Positions 1 through 10,266 are shown, counted from the first letter of the stretch. The stretch is DNA of 64,000 bases from Candidatus Atelocyanobacterium thalassae (GCA_051971635.1 JBFPLN010000004.1:87478-151477), one strand, 5' to 3'. Notes: generated from the sequence alone by a model not told the origin. Program-made: numbers and translations.

Positions 1-33
1 ACGATGTACTCTAACCAACTGAGCTATACGTCC
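1..33 (-). tRNA. tRNA, 5' half only (cut by window edge); probably tRNA-Val(GAC)
   Basis: Reverse complement GGACGTATAGCTCAGTTGGTTAGAGTACATCGT gives the acceptor 5' strand, D-arm and 5' anticodon stem. The anticodon lies outside the window, so identity is inferred from resemblance to cyanobacterial tRNA-Val(GAC). Confidence 0.8.
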
Positions 34-420
34 TTACTAGCCTAATATAACACAGTATCTTGCAATAATCATCTACATAAGAATAATAAGCTATGATTTA
101 TCTTGAAAAATTATTTTTCATAAATCTTAAAAGAAATTAGAGTTTATTTTTATGAATATTGTTATCCATAACAGCTTATATCAGCAAAATACTGTGAGAC
201 TGGATGAAAATTAGTATATTAAAGTATTAAACTATTTATTAAAATATATTTAATAAATAGTAAAGTATAGAATTTCTTATAAAAAATACTGAATAAAAAT
301 ATCATGTAGACTATTAAGCCTAAATGTAATTATTATGTTCCTTTAAATAAATTTTTAAAAAATCTTACTAGTTTTTATACAAATATCAACTCTAAGCTAT
401 CAGTTTAAATACTTAAAATT

Positions 421-1050
421 ATGGAAAAATTAGTTGAATTTACTACAAGTGATTTGATCACCTATCCCATAGCTGAGACCTTTCATTCTATTCAAGGTGA
501 AGGTATTTGGACAGGAGTAAGTGCATTCTTTATTCGTTTGGCCGGATGTAATGTTGGCTGCCCATGGTGTGATCAAAAGGAATCATGGAACTATAAAACA
601 TTTCCAAAATATTCTCCTGAAACTTTAGCGATGGAAGCTTCTAAAGCTAGCGCCAGTATCGTTGTTATAACTGGTGGAGAACCTCTGATGTATGATTTAT
701 TTCCTTTAACTGATATATTACAGAAGTTCGGGATGCAAGTTCATTTGGAAACTTCTGGTTCCCATCCTTTAAGCGGTAACTTTAATTGGATAACATTCTC
801 TCCAAAACCTTTTAAGGTTCCACATAGCAATATTTATGACAAAGCAAATGAGCTAAAAATCATCATAGCTAGTCAACAAGATTTTGAGTGGGCAGAAGAA
901 CAAAAAAATAAAACTAATTCTAAGTCAATTAACTTTTTACAACCTGAATGGAATAGTGATATGAGCAGTTCTTTGATATATGATTATGTCTGTAAACATC
1001 CTGAATGGCGCATAAGCTTACAAACTCATAAGTTTTTAGGTATTAGGTAA
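421..1050 (+). CDS. queE: 7-carboxy-7-deazaguanine synthase (radical SAM)
   Basis: ETFHSIQGEG, FIRLAGCNVGCPWCD (CxxxCxxC), VVITGGEP, C-terminal SLQTHK. Confidence 0.92.
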   Translation: MEKLVEFTTSDLITYPIAETFHSIQGEGIWTGVSAFFIRLAGCNVGCPWCDQKESWNYKTFPKYSPETLAMEASKASASIVVITGGEPLMYDLFPLTDILQKFGMQVHLETSGSHPLSGNFNWITFSPKPFKVPHSNIYDKANELKIIIASQQDFEWAEEQKNKTNSKSINFLQPEWNSDMSSSLIYDYVCKHPEWRISLQTHKFLGIR

Positions 1051-1052
1051 AT

Positions 1053-1110
1053 AATAAAAGCTATATTTCTTTGTAAAATCATGATTTTACAAAGAAATAT
1101 AGCTTTTATT
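1053..1110. repeat. Perfect 58-bp palindrome (29-bp arms, no spacer); probable 3' stem-loop or terminator of queE
   Basis: AATAAAAGCTATATTTCTTTGTAAAATCA|TGATTTTACAAAGAAATATAGCTTTTATT, starting 3 nt after the queE stop and followed by more Ts. Confidence 0.9.
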
Positions 1111-1283
1111 TTGATTCAAAATATGTTGCAAAAACGGCTTCATAATTCTAATTCACCTTACATCTGTAAAATTCGAATGATAACGATCTCAAAAATGAAG
1201 ATATTTAATGTCAAATTCATACCATTGAAAATATAGTTATAGAAAGTAAGTTAGTGACATAGCTTGTTTTTTAAAAAATTTTC

Positions 1284-1409
1284 TGCTAGCATATTAAAAA
1301 ACGAAAGGGGCAGACCAGCATCCCAAATACCAATTTTAGCCCAAAGGCTACACCGAAGGACTTGCTTAGTTTTCGCCCCATGGTAGATGAGGGGTAAAAC
1401 CAAATATAC
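1284..1409 (+). promoter_or_regulatory. Putative extended -10 promoter and ~110-nt structured 5' leader of rimO-crhR
   Basis: TGcTAGCAT at 1284-1292, then a GC-rich tract with hairpins TAGCC-CAAA-GGCTA and GTTTTCGCCCC...GGGGTAAAAC. Confidence 0.55.
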
Positions 1410-2723
1410 ATGGTCAAAAAACCAGCTATTGCAATTTCACATCTCGGTTGTGAGAAAAATCGAATAGATTCAGAACATATTTTAGGACTACTAGCAACAG
1501 AAGGATATTCTGTCAGCTTAAGTGAAGATCTCGCTGATTATGTTGTCGTAAATACTTGTAGTTTCATCCAACAGGCTAGGGAGGAATCAGTTCGTACCCT
1601 AGTAGAGTTAGCCGAAAATAATAAAAAAATTATTGTTGCTGGCTGTATGGCTCAACATTTTCAAAACCAATTGCTTGAAGAATTACCTGAAGTTGTAGCG
1701 ATTGTTGGTACAGGAAATTATCAAGATATTGCTAAAACCGTTCAACGTGTTGAGTCAGGTGAAAGGGTAATAGATATATCTCAGAAGCCTACTTTTATTG
1801 CTGACGAAACTATTCCACGCTATCGAACTACTAATGAGGGAGTAGCTTACCTACGAATAGCAGAAGGATGTGATTATCGATGTACTTTTTGTATCATTCC
1901 TCATTTACGAGGTAACCAAAGATCTCGCACTATTGAGTCTATTGTTGCAGAAGCCCAACAGTTAGCTAATCAAGGTGTGCAAGAGATCATTCTCGTTTCG
2001 CAGATTACTACGAACTATGGACTAGATCTTTACGGAAAAGTTCAATTAGCTGAGCTCTTGAGAGCACTAGGAAAAGTTGATATCCCTTGGATACGTGTTC
2101 ATTATGCATATCCTACAGGATTAACAACGGAAATTCTTCAGGCTTTTAAAGAAGTATCAAATGTTATTCCTTATTTGGATCTACCATTACAGCATTCTCA
2201 TCCTAATATTCTAAAAGCTATGAACCGGCCTTGGAAAGGAACAGTAAATGATGAGATTATTAAAGTCATAAAAGCATCTATCCCAGATGCTATTTTACGT
2301 ACAACTTTTATTGTTGGTTTCCCTGGTGAAACGGATGAATACTTTGAACATTTAGTAAAATTTATCAAAAGACATCAATTTGATCATGTAGGAGTTTTTG
2401 TATTTTCTCCAGAAGAAGAAACTCCCTCTTACAAGATGTCTAATCAGGTTCCATTAGAAATAGCTCAAGAAAGGCGAGATTACTTAATGGAAATACAGCA
2501 GTCTATTTCTAGTAAAAAAAACCAACAATACATTGACACAATAGTAGAAGTATTAATTGAACAAGAAAATCCAAAGACTCATCAATATATAGGTCGTTCA
2601 ATTAAATTTTCTCCTGACGTAGATGGAGTTGTTTTTGTTAAAGGAGAAGCTCAATTAAACTCAATTGTTCCAGTTAAAATTACCAAAGCTGACGCTTATG
2701 ATCTCTATGGAAAAGTTGTTTAA
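1410..2723 (+). CDS. rimO: Ribosomal protein S12 methylthiotransferase
   Basis: [38 protein letters not shown]-terminal TRAM domain; adjacent to crhR as in other cyanobacteria. Confidence 0.95.
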   Translation: MVKKPAIAISHLGCEKNRIDSEHILGLLATEGYSVSLSEDLADYVVVNTCSFIQQAREESVRTLVELAENNKKIIVAGCMAQHFQNQLLEELPEVVAIVGTGNYQDIAKTVQRVESGERVIDISQKPTFIADETIPRYRTTNEGVAYLRIAEGCDYRCTFCIIPHLRGNQRSRTIESIVAEAQQLANQGVQEIILVSQITTNYGLDLYGKVQLAELLRALGKVDIPWIRVHYAYPTGLTTEILQAFKEVSNVIPYLDLPLQHSHPNILKAMNRPWKGTVNDEIIKVIKASIPDAILRTTFIVGFPGETDEYFEHLVKFIKRHQFDHVGVFVFSPEEETPSYKMSNQVPLEIAQERRDYLMEIQQSISSKKNQQYIDTIVEVLIEQENPKTHQYIGRSIKFSPDVDGVVFVKGEAQLNSIVPVKITKADAYDLYGKVV

Positions 2724-2883
2724 GCTTAAATATTTATTTCCACATGCATTAAAGTGGAAACAAGAAATAACTTAGCAATAGTACTAATTAAAACAATAAG
2801 TAGCTTAAAAACTACTATTAAAACCCTCACTATACCTTGTTAAATTTTCAACTTACAGTAAACCTATTAACTATAACGATCTT

Positions 2884-4317
2884 ATGACTATTTCTTTCGA
2901 GAACTTAGGACTATCCGAAATTCGTGTCAATAAATTAAAAGAGCTCGGATTTGAAAACCCTACTGAAATTCAAGAAAAAGCAATTCCTTTAATGTTAGAA
3001 GGACATGATGTTCTGGGGCAATCACAAACGGGAACAGGCAAAACAGCAGCTTATTCTTTGCCTATTCTTGAACAAGTTAATATACAAAATCCCAATGTTC
3101 AAGTTTTAATCCTAACTCCTACCCGTGAGCTTGCCCAACAAGTTGCTGAAGCTTTAAAAGATTTTTCAGTAGAACGGCGTTTATATATATTAACTGTTTA
3201 TGGTGGCCAATCTATAGATAGACAAATTAGAAGCTTGGAGCGAGGAGTTCAAATTGTAGTTGGAACTCCAGGAAGGGTGATTGATCTTTTAGAACGGAAA
3301 AAACTAGTCTTAGATTCTTTAAGCTGGGCTGTCCTAGACGAAGCTGATGAAATGCTTAGTATGGGATTTATTGATGATGTAAAAACTATTTTAAAGAAAA
3401 CACCTGAAAATCGTAATACTGCTTGTTTTTCCGCTACGATGCCAAGAGAGATAAGAGACCTCGTAAATCAATTTCTAAAATCTCCAGTAACTATATCTGT
3501 TGAGAGAACTCAGGCTGCTCCTCCTAGAATAGAACAAAATATATATATGGTTCCTAGAGGTTGGTCAAAACGAAAAGCATTACAACCTGTTTTAGAAATA
3601 GAAGATCCTGAATCAGCTATTATTTTTGTCCGTACTAAACAAACGGCTTCAGACTTAACTACAAGATTACAAGAAATTGGCCACTGTGTAGATGAATATC
3701 ATGGCAATCTTAGCCAATCTCAAAGAGAAAGATTAGTTCACCGTTTCAGAGATGGAAGAATAAAATTAGTTGTAGCTACAGATATTGCGGCAAGAGGTTT
3801 GGATGTAGAGGGTTTAAGCCATGTCATCAACTATGATTTACCAGATAATAGCGAAACTTATATCCATCGAATTGGGCGTACTGGAAGAGCTGGTAAAGAA
3901 GGAAAAGCAATTTCTATTGTAGAATCTATTGATCGTCGAATGATTAGACAGATTGAACGAAAACTTCGCCAAAAAATAGATATTTGTAAAATACCCAGTC
4001 GTTCAGAAGTTGAAGCAAAAAGATTAGATAAATTGCAAAACTTGATTAAAGAATCATTGGTAGGAGAAAGGATGGCTTCCTTTCTACCTTTAGTAAGTGA
4101 ATTAAGTATAGAGTATGATCCTCAAGCAATTGCTGCTGCAGCCTTACAGATGATTTATGATCAAGACTGTCCTGATTGGATGAAAACTGACTGGGAAGTT
4201 CCTGAAGCAACGACACAAAAGCCGGTTATAACCCGTAAATCTCATAAATATGGTTCTAAAAGTGGTAAACATAATCGTAGCGTTAGTAAAGGCATTCGTA
4301 AAATAGTGAGCCATTAA
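2884..4317 (+). CDS. crhR: DEAD-box RNA helicase
   Basis: QTGTGKT, PTRELA, TPGR, DEAD, SAT, ARGLD, HRIGRTGRAG; cyanobacterial CrhR-type C-terminus. Confidence 0.92.
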   Translation: MTISFENLGLSEIRVNKLKELGFENPTEIQEKAIPLMLEGHDVLGQSQTGTGKTAAYSLPILEQVNIQNPNVQVLILTPTRELAQQVAEALKDFSVERRLYILTVYGGQSIDRQIRSLERGVQIVVGTPGRVIDLLERKKLVLDSLSWAVLDEADEMLSMGFIDDVKTILKKTPENRNTACFSATMPREIRDLVNQFLKSPVTISVERTQAAPPRIEQNIYMVPRGWSKRKALQPVLEIEDPESAIIFVRTKQTASDLTTRLQEIGHCVDEYHGNLSQSQRERLVHRFRDGRIKLVVATDIAARGLDVEGLSHVINYDLPDNSETYIHRIGRTGRAGKEGKAISIVESIDRRMIRQIERKLRQKIDICKIPSRSEVEAKRLDKLQNLIKESLVGERMASFLPLVSELSIEYDPQAIAAAALQMIYDQDCPDWMKTDWEVPEATTQKPVITRKSHKYGSKSGKHNRSVSKGIRKIVSH

Positions 4318-4366
4318 GAATATTACTTACTATCCATATTTAATAATATAATTCAATTACTTACTT

Positions 4367-4411
4367 ATTTCCCATGTTAGAACTATGGCTCTAACATGGG
4401 AAATTTTATTT
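4367..4411. terminator. Intrinsic terminator between convergent crhR and pmbA
   Basis: 15-bp perfect stem ATTTCCCATGTTAGA/TCTAACATGGGAAAT, 8-nt loop, T-rich tail. Confidence 0.75.
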
Positions 4412-4537
4412 TTTGTTAAAAATATCTTTTCTAGAATTAAGAATAATCTTTGTAAAATAATTCTTTCATTCTCAAAAAACTTAAGACTCAAATTTGTTTC
4501 TTTATCATTTCTATATATAAATAATAAAAATCAAAAT

Positions 4538-5821
4538 TTAGGTAATTATCGAAAGGCCTTCTACCAAGATAGATGGAGTGCAAATTGAATTGATCCAACA
4601 TGAATCATTAGCTATCTCAATAGTATTTTCTAGAATTTTATAAACGTTGCCTGTTATTATGGAATTTTTTATTTTTCCATCTATTAAACCGTTATGAACA
4701 GAGTACCCTAAATTTACATTGATAGAGAAATCTCCAGATATATCAATTTTTCCCCCTAAAACTGAGTCTACTATAATTCCTCGGTCTAATACTTTAATTA
4801 AACTTTTGAAATCTTCTTTTCCAGATTCTACTATCAAATTAACTAATATAGGTGTTGGATAACTTCTTAAATTAGGACGAAAACCGTTACCTGTACTTTT
4901 TGTTCCTAATATTTTCGCGTTAGTAAGATTACTATAGAATTGTTCTAAGTTACCTTTCTTAATTAAAGACAATTCTTGTGTAACTATTCCTTCATCATCA
5001 AAAGGAACAACATAAGACCTATATCTTGGCTGTTGCGATAAAGTAAGAGAACTTGATATAACCTGTTTTCCTATTTTGTTGCTCCAAGGAGAAGTTTTTT
5101 CTAAAACAAATTTACTGTTAAGTGCTTCAGATACTGTATTCCAGAGCATAGATGCTCCATTAGGGGTAAATAGCGTTGGTACATAGCCTTTTGGGGCCAA
5201 AATGGTTTTTTCTCCCCATTTCAAGCGTTGTAAGATATTTTTTACTATTTGTTGAGTTTCAATTTTTTCTTGATTTACTTTGGTATCATAAACATTTATA
5301 GACTCTTTTCCTTTTGCTAATTCTAGTTCTATATAGTAATTGACCGATGATTTACTATACTCGCAGTGAAGTCCTAGTGAGTTTACTAAACATGTAGACT
5401 GTTCTAGATAAGTGAATTCTCCGTTGCAAATAGATTCTGTATAAATATTTCGTAATCGACTAATTGTATCTTTTCCTGACTTAATCAATTGTTCAATCGA
5501 TATAAACTCTCCTTGATGAGATTGAAGGTTGACATATAAAGAATTAAGCTCAATGGTTTCATTACTATTGAGAGTCGATAAAGCGATCGCGTTATCGACT
5601 AACTTATCATTATCAAATTCTCCATAAGCAACAGCTAATCCTGATGCACCTTCTTTCCATAGGCGTAAAGCTATCCCTTCTGATTGAGAATTTTCTAATC
5701 GTTTTAAATCATTGGTTTCAAAAAAGATAGAATCGGATTTAAGATTAGACTGATAAACTTCTGCATGAGAAGCACCTTTACGTAAAGCTAGATCTATTAA
5801 CTTTTGTAGTCCGATATTCAT
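4538..5821 (-). CDS. pmbA: TldD/PmbA family protein (PmbA/TldE-like)
   Basis: GIALRLW...G.AVA, PFDDEG, STGNGFR, SGDFS motifs. Confidence 0.8.
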   Translation of the reverse strand: MNIGLQKLIDLALRKGASHAEVYQSNLKSDSIFFETNDLKRLENSQSEGIALRLWKEGASGLAVAYGEFDNDKLVDNAIALSTLNSNETIELNSLYVNLQSHQGEFISIEQLIKSGKDTISRLRNIYTESICNGEFTYLEQSTCLVNSLGLHCEYSKSSVNYYIELELAKGKESINVYDTKVNQEKIETQQIVKNILQRLKWGEKTILAPKGYVPTLFTPNGASMLWNTVSEALNSKFVLEKTSPWSNKIGKQVISSSLTLSQQPRYRSYVVPFDDEGIVTQELSLIKKGNLEQFYSNLTNAKILGTKSTGNGFRPNLRSYPTPILVNLIVESGKEDFKSLIKVLDRGIIVDSVLGGKIDISGDFSINVNLGYSVHNGLIDGKIKNSIITGNVYKILENTIEIANDSCWINSICTPSILVEGLSIIT

Positions 5822-5939
5822 AACTTCAATATGATAGGATTTTAAGTGTGTAAAACTGAATTTAAATTAATATTTATTATTGTTAAGCTGTAAAATAAAG
5901 TTATTAGGTAATCTTAAAAAATTAATAATTGAAAACTTT

Positions 5940-6128
5940 ATGTCTGATAAATCTACATTCAATAAACAAGATACATTAAAAAATCAAAATGTCGAGCCAG
6001 ATGCTAGTTATGTTAAGTTAGCTATGCGTAATATGGTTCGTAAAAAAGTCACCTCTCTCAAACATTTTCTTGTAACGACTGTAGGACTACTAGCTTTTTT
6101 AATTGGTCTTGCTTACTTAACTCGTTAA
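5940..6128 (+). CDS. Small cyanobacterial membrane protein (DUF3285-like); likely start ATG 5940 (ORF track starts at 5880)
   Basis: SYVKLAMRNMVRK..SLKHF.. followed by a hydrophobic C-terminus ending LAYLTR. Confidence 0.75.
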   Translation: MSDKSTFNKQDTLKNQNVEPDASYVKLAMRNMVRKKVTSLKHFLVTTVGLLAFLIGLAYLTR

Positions 6129-6424
6129 TACTTGTATTAAAACTTATTTATGGGTTAATTGATTTTATAATTACTGTATTTAAAATGATAAAAACTATTA
6201 TGTCTTTTACTAGTAATTTAACCATTTCAAAAAAAGATCATCCATATGGAAAAGAAAAAAAGTTTAATAAAAATGGTTTATTTCTTGTTTAACAGTAATA
6301 ATATTGATATTTTAGAAATAAGAAACTTTGTTAATTATAATTGGTCTTTAGTAAAAGCCTTAACTTAGAATATATGCCAAGTCAATAGACTTTATAAAAA
6401 ATAAGTTACTCTTTATACAAATTA

Positions 6425-6949
6425 GTGAAGTTAAAGATTATGAAAGCCGATTTTAAAATGAACCGTTTTTCTTCTACTGGATTGTTTTCAGATACAGCTA
6501 ATCTAAAGCCAAATCATATTTCACAACTAGTAAAAGAGAAATATCCTTCAGAAGTTAGAAGGAAGTCGGCTTGGCATATTTCTCCCAATATATTTCTAAG
6601 CTTTCAATATGCTTGGACAGGTATTTGTTACACTTTTACTACACAGCGTAATTTCCGTATTCACACTGCTATGACAGTCATTGCTATTTGTATTTCTGGA
6701 TTTTTAAAAGTCAGTTCAATTAGTATGGCTATTATTACTCTCACTTGCGCATTAGTATTAATTCTAGAATTACTCAATACAGCCTTGGAATCAATTGTTG
6801 ATTTAACTGTCGGCCAGTCATACCATGAACTAGCAAAAATTGCTAAAGATTGTGCTGCAGGCTCTGTTATGGTTTCAGCTATTGCAGCTTTATTAGTTGC
6901 ATTTTTTATTATTACTCCACCTATTTTAAATATAGTTTTTAACTCATAG
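6425..6949 (+). CDS. dgkA: Diacylglycerol/undecaprenol kinase (DgkA family); true start may be 6440 or 6458
   Basis: SFQYAWTG, TQRNFRIH, ELLNTALESIVDL, AKIAKDCAAGSV. Confidence 0.88.
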   Translation: MKLKIMKADFKMNRFSSTGLFSDTANLKPNHISQLVKEKYPSEVRRKSAWHISPNIFLSFQYAWTGICYTFTTQRNFRIHTAMTVIAICISGFLKVSSISMAIITLTCALVLILELLNTALESIVDLTVGQSYHELAKIAKDCAAGSVMVSAIAALLVAFFIITPPILNIVFNS

Positions 6950-7086
6950 TATTAGTAAATCAATTCTATTTATAAAGTTAAAATAATTTTTTTACTATTT
7001 AAACTTGTACTAGTAGTAATTGAAATCTAATTCAAGCTTAAATATTTAAGGAATTCACAAGCATATTTTATTTTTCAATATTTATA

Positions 7087-7890
7087 ATGAAAAGACGACA
7101 TTTTATAGCCTATTCTGGTATCAGTACTCTATTTTTTTCTAAGATATTTCCAAATTTTCACTCTCCGTCTCTAGCTGCTCAAGAAAAAAATATAAATCCT
7201 TTATCAATTAAATATCTAGGACATACATGTTTTTTATTTAGTGGTGGCGGCTTAAGAGTTTTGGTTAATCCTTTTAGAACTATTGGATGTACTGCGGGTT
7301 ATCGCTTACCGAAAGTTGAGGCAGATCTAGTAATTATTAGTAGCCAGTTGTGGGATGAAGGAGCTACTGAAAATTTACCAGGTAATCCTCGAATATTATA
7401 TGAACCAGGAGTATATAAAATTAATGGATTAGGATTTCAAGGTATTAGTATTGATCATGATAGGAAAGGTGGAAAACAATTTGGAAATAATGTTGCTTGG
7501 CGTTGGATACAAGCAGGTATCCATATAGTGCATTTAGGTGGAGCAGCAGCACCAATTGATTTAGAACAAAAAATCTTACTAGGCAATCCTGATATTGCTT
7601 GTATTCCAGTAGGTGGTGGTCCAAAAAACTATAATGCTGTGGAAGGAAGGCAAGCGATGCAAGTCTTGAACCCTAAAATAATGATTCCAACTCATTACCG
7701 CACTTCTGCTGCTGATATAGAAAATTGTGATATTGATCCATTAAATAAATTTTTGGAATTAACGAAAAGTATAAATACAAAAAAAATACATAGTAATGAG
7801 TTTTCTTTAACTCATAAAGACTTACCTCAGAAGGATACAAGTATATATATATTTGACCACGAGTCATTATTGACAAACCAAAATACTTAG
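7087..7890 (+). CDS. Metallo-beta-lactamase-fold hydrolase with a Tat-like signal peptide
   Basis: N-terminal KRRHF; YLGHTCFL, HLGG, IPVGG, IPTHY. Confidence 0.8.
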   Translation: MKRRHFIAYSGISTLFFSKIFPNFHSPSLAAQEKNINPLSIKYLGHTCFLFSGGGLRVLVNPFRTIGCTAGYRLPKVEADLVIISSQLWDEGATENLPGNPRILYEPGVYKINGLGFQGISIDHDRKGGKQFGNNVAWRWIQAGIHIVHLGGAAAPIDLEQKILLGNPDIACIPVGGGPKNYNAVEGRQAMQVLNPKIMIPTHYRTSAADIENCDIDPLNKFLELTKSINTKKIHSNEFSLTHKDLPQKDTSIYIFDHESLLTNQNT

Positions 7891-7926
7891 TCTACTTGTG
7901 CTGGACCATTCAAAATGGTAGCTAAA

Positions 7927-10158
7927 TTAATTCTCTCCTAAAACTTCATGAAAATTAAACTCTGGCGCAGCCAAGACAAATATTATTGTTGGTAATGCTT
8001 TAGTCCATTGCTGTAATTTTTCATAGTTAGGAACAAATGATTTATCAGGAGACGGCATGCCCAAAAACACAAAATCTGCTCCGATTGAAGACTCTTCTAA
8101 AATCGTGGTAAAACTACGTCCATTGGAAAGAATAACTTCTGATGTTGCACCAATTCGTAAATCTTGAACTAATTTTCCTAAATTTTGCTGAGCTTCTTTA
8201 ACAGCACTTTCATCAGTAACTACTAGCTTTAAATGAATTTTGCCTTTTCTCCACTGAGGGTTTGAACATAGTAAGTAAGCTAAAACTAACATTAAGCTAC
8301 CATTTCCTTGTCTTCCACCACTCCACCATACATCTATATGACAACGACGATTTTTGGATTCTTTCCATGGGTTATATAATAAATCAGGATTTTCTCTTAA
8401 AACAATTACATTTCTCTGTGCTCTGTGAAAATTGGCAATCATTTGACAATAACGTTCACGGTGAGTAGTCTGCTGAGAATCACCTAATAAAATTGTATTC
8501 GGAACAATTGATCCTAGTCCATAAGTTTCTACTAGCCGCTCTGCTCCATCAAATGGATCAGGAGCTGTTACCAATCTAACTAAAGCTTTTACTCCTCTTC
8601 TTTGTAAGTAATCTCTAATACGCTTTTCTAGGATTGCTTGCCGCGCTACATCACGCGAACCTACAGGTAAAACGCTAGAAACAGTTATTAAGCCACGATT
8701 ATAAGTTAAAGCCTGTGCTAATTGAATTAAAGGCCAACGTTTAGTTGGTGCTCCAGATAATACTAAAAATTGAGGTCGCCAATTTTTAGTATCATTAGTA
8801 TGGTCAGTCTGTAAGATAGCCATTCGCAAAATGGCCATCCAGACTCCCCTTCTTACATCTCCCCAAGTTGCTGATAGTTCTCTCTGGCGTACCCAGAAAT
8901 AAATACTTATTACTACTACTCCCGCAACACAGGTAGCTATCGTATCAATTAAAAACATTACTCCTAAACATCCCACAGCACCTAACCATGAAAATAGCCA
9001 ATGTACTCTAAAAGAAGGACGAAATGAAGGACTGTTTAGCACACCTTCTACTCCGGCAGAAATATTTAAGACTAAGTAAGTAGTTAAAAAGAACATAGTT
9101 AATATTGGAGCTATTAAATTTAAATCTCCAATACAAACTGCTGCAAGAGCTATTACAAAAGTAACTAAAGTTCCTATTTTTGGCTCATCATCTGAACCAC
9201 TACCTTGGCCTAAAAAACTCATCCATGAGGGCAAGATACCATCTCTAGCCAAAGCTTGAAGAATGCGCGGAGCTCCTAGTATACTGCCAATTGCACTACT
9301 TAATGTTGCTCCCCAAACTCCAACAGAAATAGCTGGTCCCCAAAATGCCATTCTTTGCATTATTAAAGGTTCTGCTATTAAAGTACTACCATTAGCACGC
9401 ATCGCCAAAAATATTGGTAATGTGATATAAATTAAAAATCCTGTACCTACAGCTGCTAAAGTGCCAATAGGTAAAGATCTAACTGGGTCACGTAGATCTC
9501 CTGACATATTGACACCGGCCATAATACCTGTCACAGCTGGGAAAAAAACTGCAAAGACAGCCCAAAAAGGTTCTTTGTCAGTTACCCACATTTCCATGTT
9601 AACTTCTTCAACAGGATAACCAAAATAAAAAGATAGCAAAGAAATAGCAATGGCGGCCATTATAAAGTATTGCGCTTTTATCGCTATTTTTGCTGATGTT
9701 ATACTTATTATCCCAACCCCAATTGTTACTGCTAGAGCAATGTAAAGTTGATTAAGGTTTAACATAGGAAAAGCTGCTACAACACTTTCAGCAAAGCCAA
9801 TAGTATAAAGAGCGACAGAAAGAGCTTGAGCGAAATATAATGGAATACCTACTGCACCACCAGTTTCAATACCAAGAGAACGACTAATCATGTAGTAAGC
9901 TCCTCCAGTTCTGACAACACGATCTGTAGCTATAGCGCATACTGAAAGAGCTGTGAAGAAAGTTATTGAATTAGCTAAAATAACGATTAGAATTGCTCCC
10001 ATCAATCCTGCGTTACCTACTACCCAGCCAAAGCGAAGATACATGATTACGCCAAGAATGGTAAGAGTAGAGGGAGTATAAACACCTCCGAAAGTTTCTA
10101 ATCCTTGTTTTTTATTAGTTTTTTTGGCGGGGGAAGAAGATTGAAAGAGCAATTTCAC
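7927..10158 (-). CDS. Amino acid permease / cation-chloride cotransporter (SLC12-like)
   Basis: FGGVYTPSTLTILGVIMYLRFGW, GGAYYMISRSLG, FFPAVTGIMAG, KNWRPQ, DVWW; about 12 TM helices plus a cytosolic C-domain. Confidence 0.85.
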   Translation of the reverse strand: MKLLFQSSSPAKKTNKKQGLETFGGVYTPSTLTILGVIMYLRFGWVVGNAGLMGAILIVILANSITFFTALSVCAIATDRVVRTGGAYYMISRSLGIETGGAVGIPLYFAQALSVALYTIGFAESVVAAFPMLNLNQLYIALAVTIGVGIISITSAKIAIKAQYFIMAAIAISLLSFYFGYPVEEVNMEMWVTDKEPFWAVFAVFFPAVTGIMAGVNMSGDLRDPVRSLPIGTLAAVGTGFLIYITLPIFLAMRANGSTLIAEPLIMQRMAFWGPAISVGVWGATLSSAIGSILGAPRILQALARDGILPSWMSFLGQGSGSDDEPKIGTLVTFVIALAAVCIGDLNLIAPILTMFFLTTYLVLNISAGVEGVLNSPSFRPSFRVHWLFSWLGAVGCLGVMFLIDTIATCVAGVVVISIYFWVRQRELSATWGDVRRGVWMAILRMAILQTDHTNDTKNWRPQFLVLSGAPTKRWPLIQLAQALTYNRGLITVSSVLPVGSRDVARQAILEKRIRDYLQRRGVKALVRLVTAPDPFDGAERLVETYGLGSIVPNTILLGDSQQTTHRERYCQMIANFHRAQRNVIVLRENPDLLYNPWKESKNRRCHIDVWWSGGRQGNGSLMLVLAYLLCSNPQWRKGKIHLKLVVTDESAVKEAQQNLGKLVQDLRIGATSEVILSNGRSFTTILEESSIGADFVFLGMPSPDKSFVPNYEKLQQWTKALPTIIFVLAAPEFNFHEVLGEN

Positions 10159-10266
10159 AAGTTATTAAAAATAAATCTAATTAATCACAGATATTATGCC
10201 AGATTTTTTGATACTGCTAAATGTTTAACTAATAATTTAGTAAATTATTAATTAAATATGTGATAG

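Noticed and set aside
231..261. 13-bp inverted repeat ACTATTTATTAAA/TTTAATAAATAGT
   Set aside because: Real but almost entirely AT and between divergent genes; no function can be supported.
1111..1260. Possible btpA remnant upstream of rimO
   Set aside because: Translations gave no convincing motif match.
4385..4588. 67-aa + strand ORF
   Set aside because: Overlaps a terminator hairpin and the pmbA 3' end; AT-rich composition, no motif.
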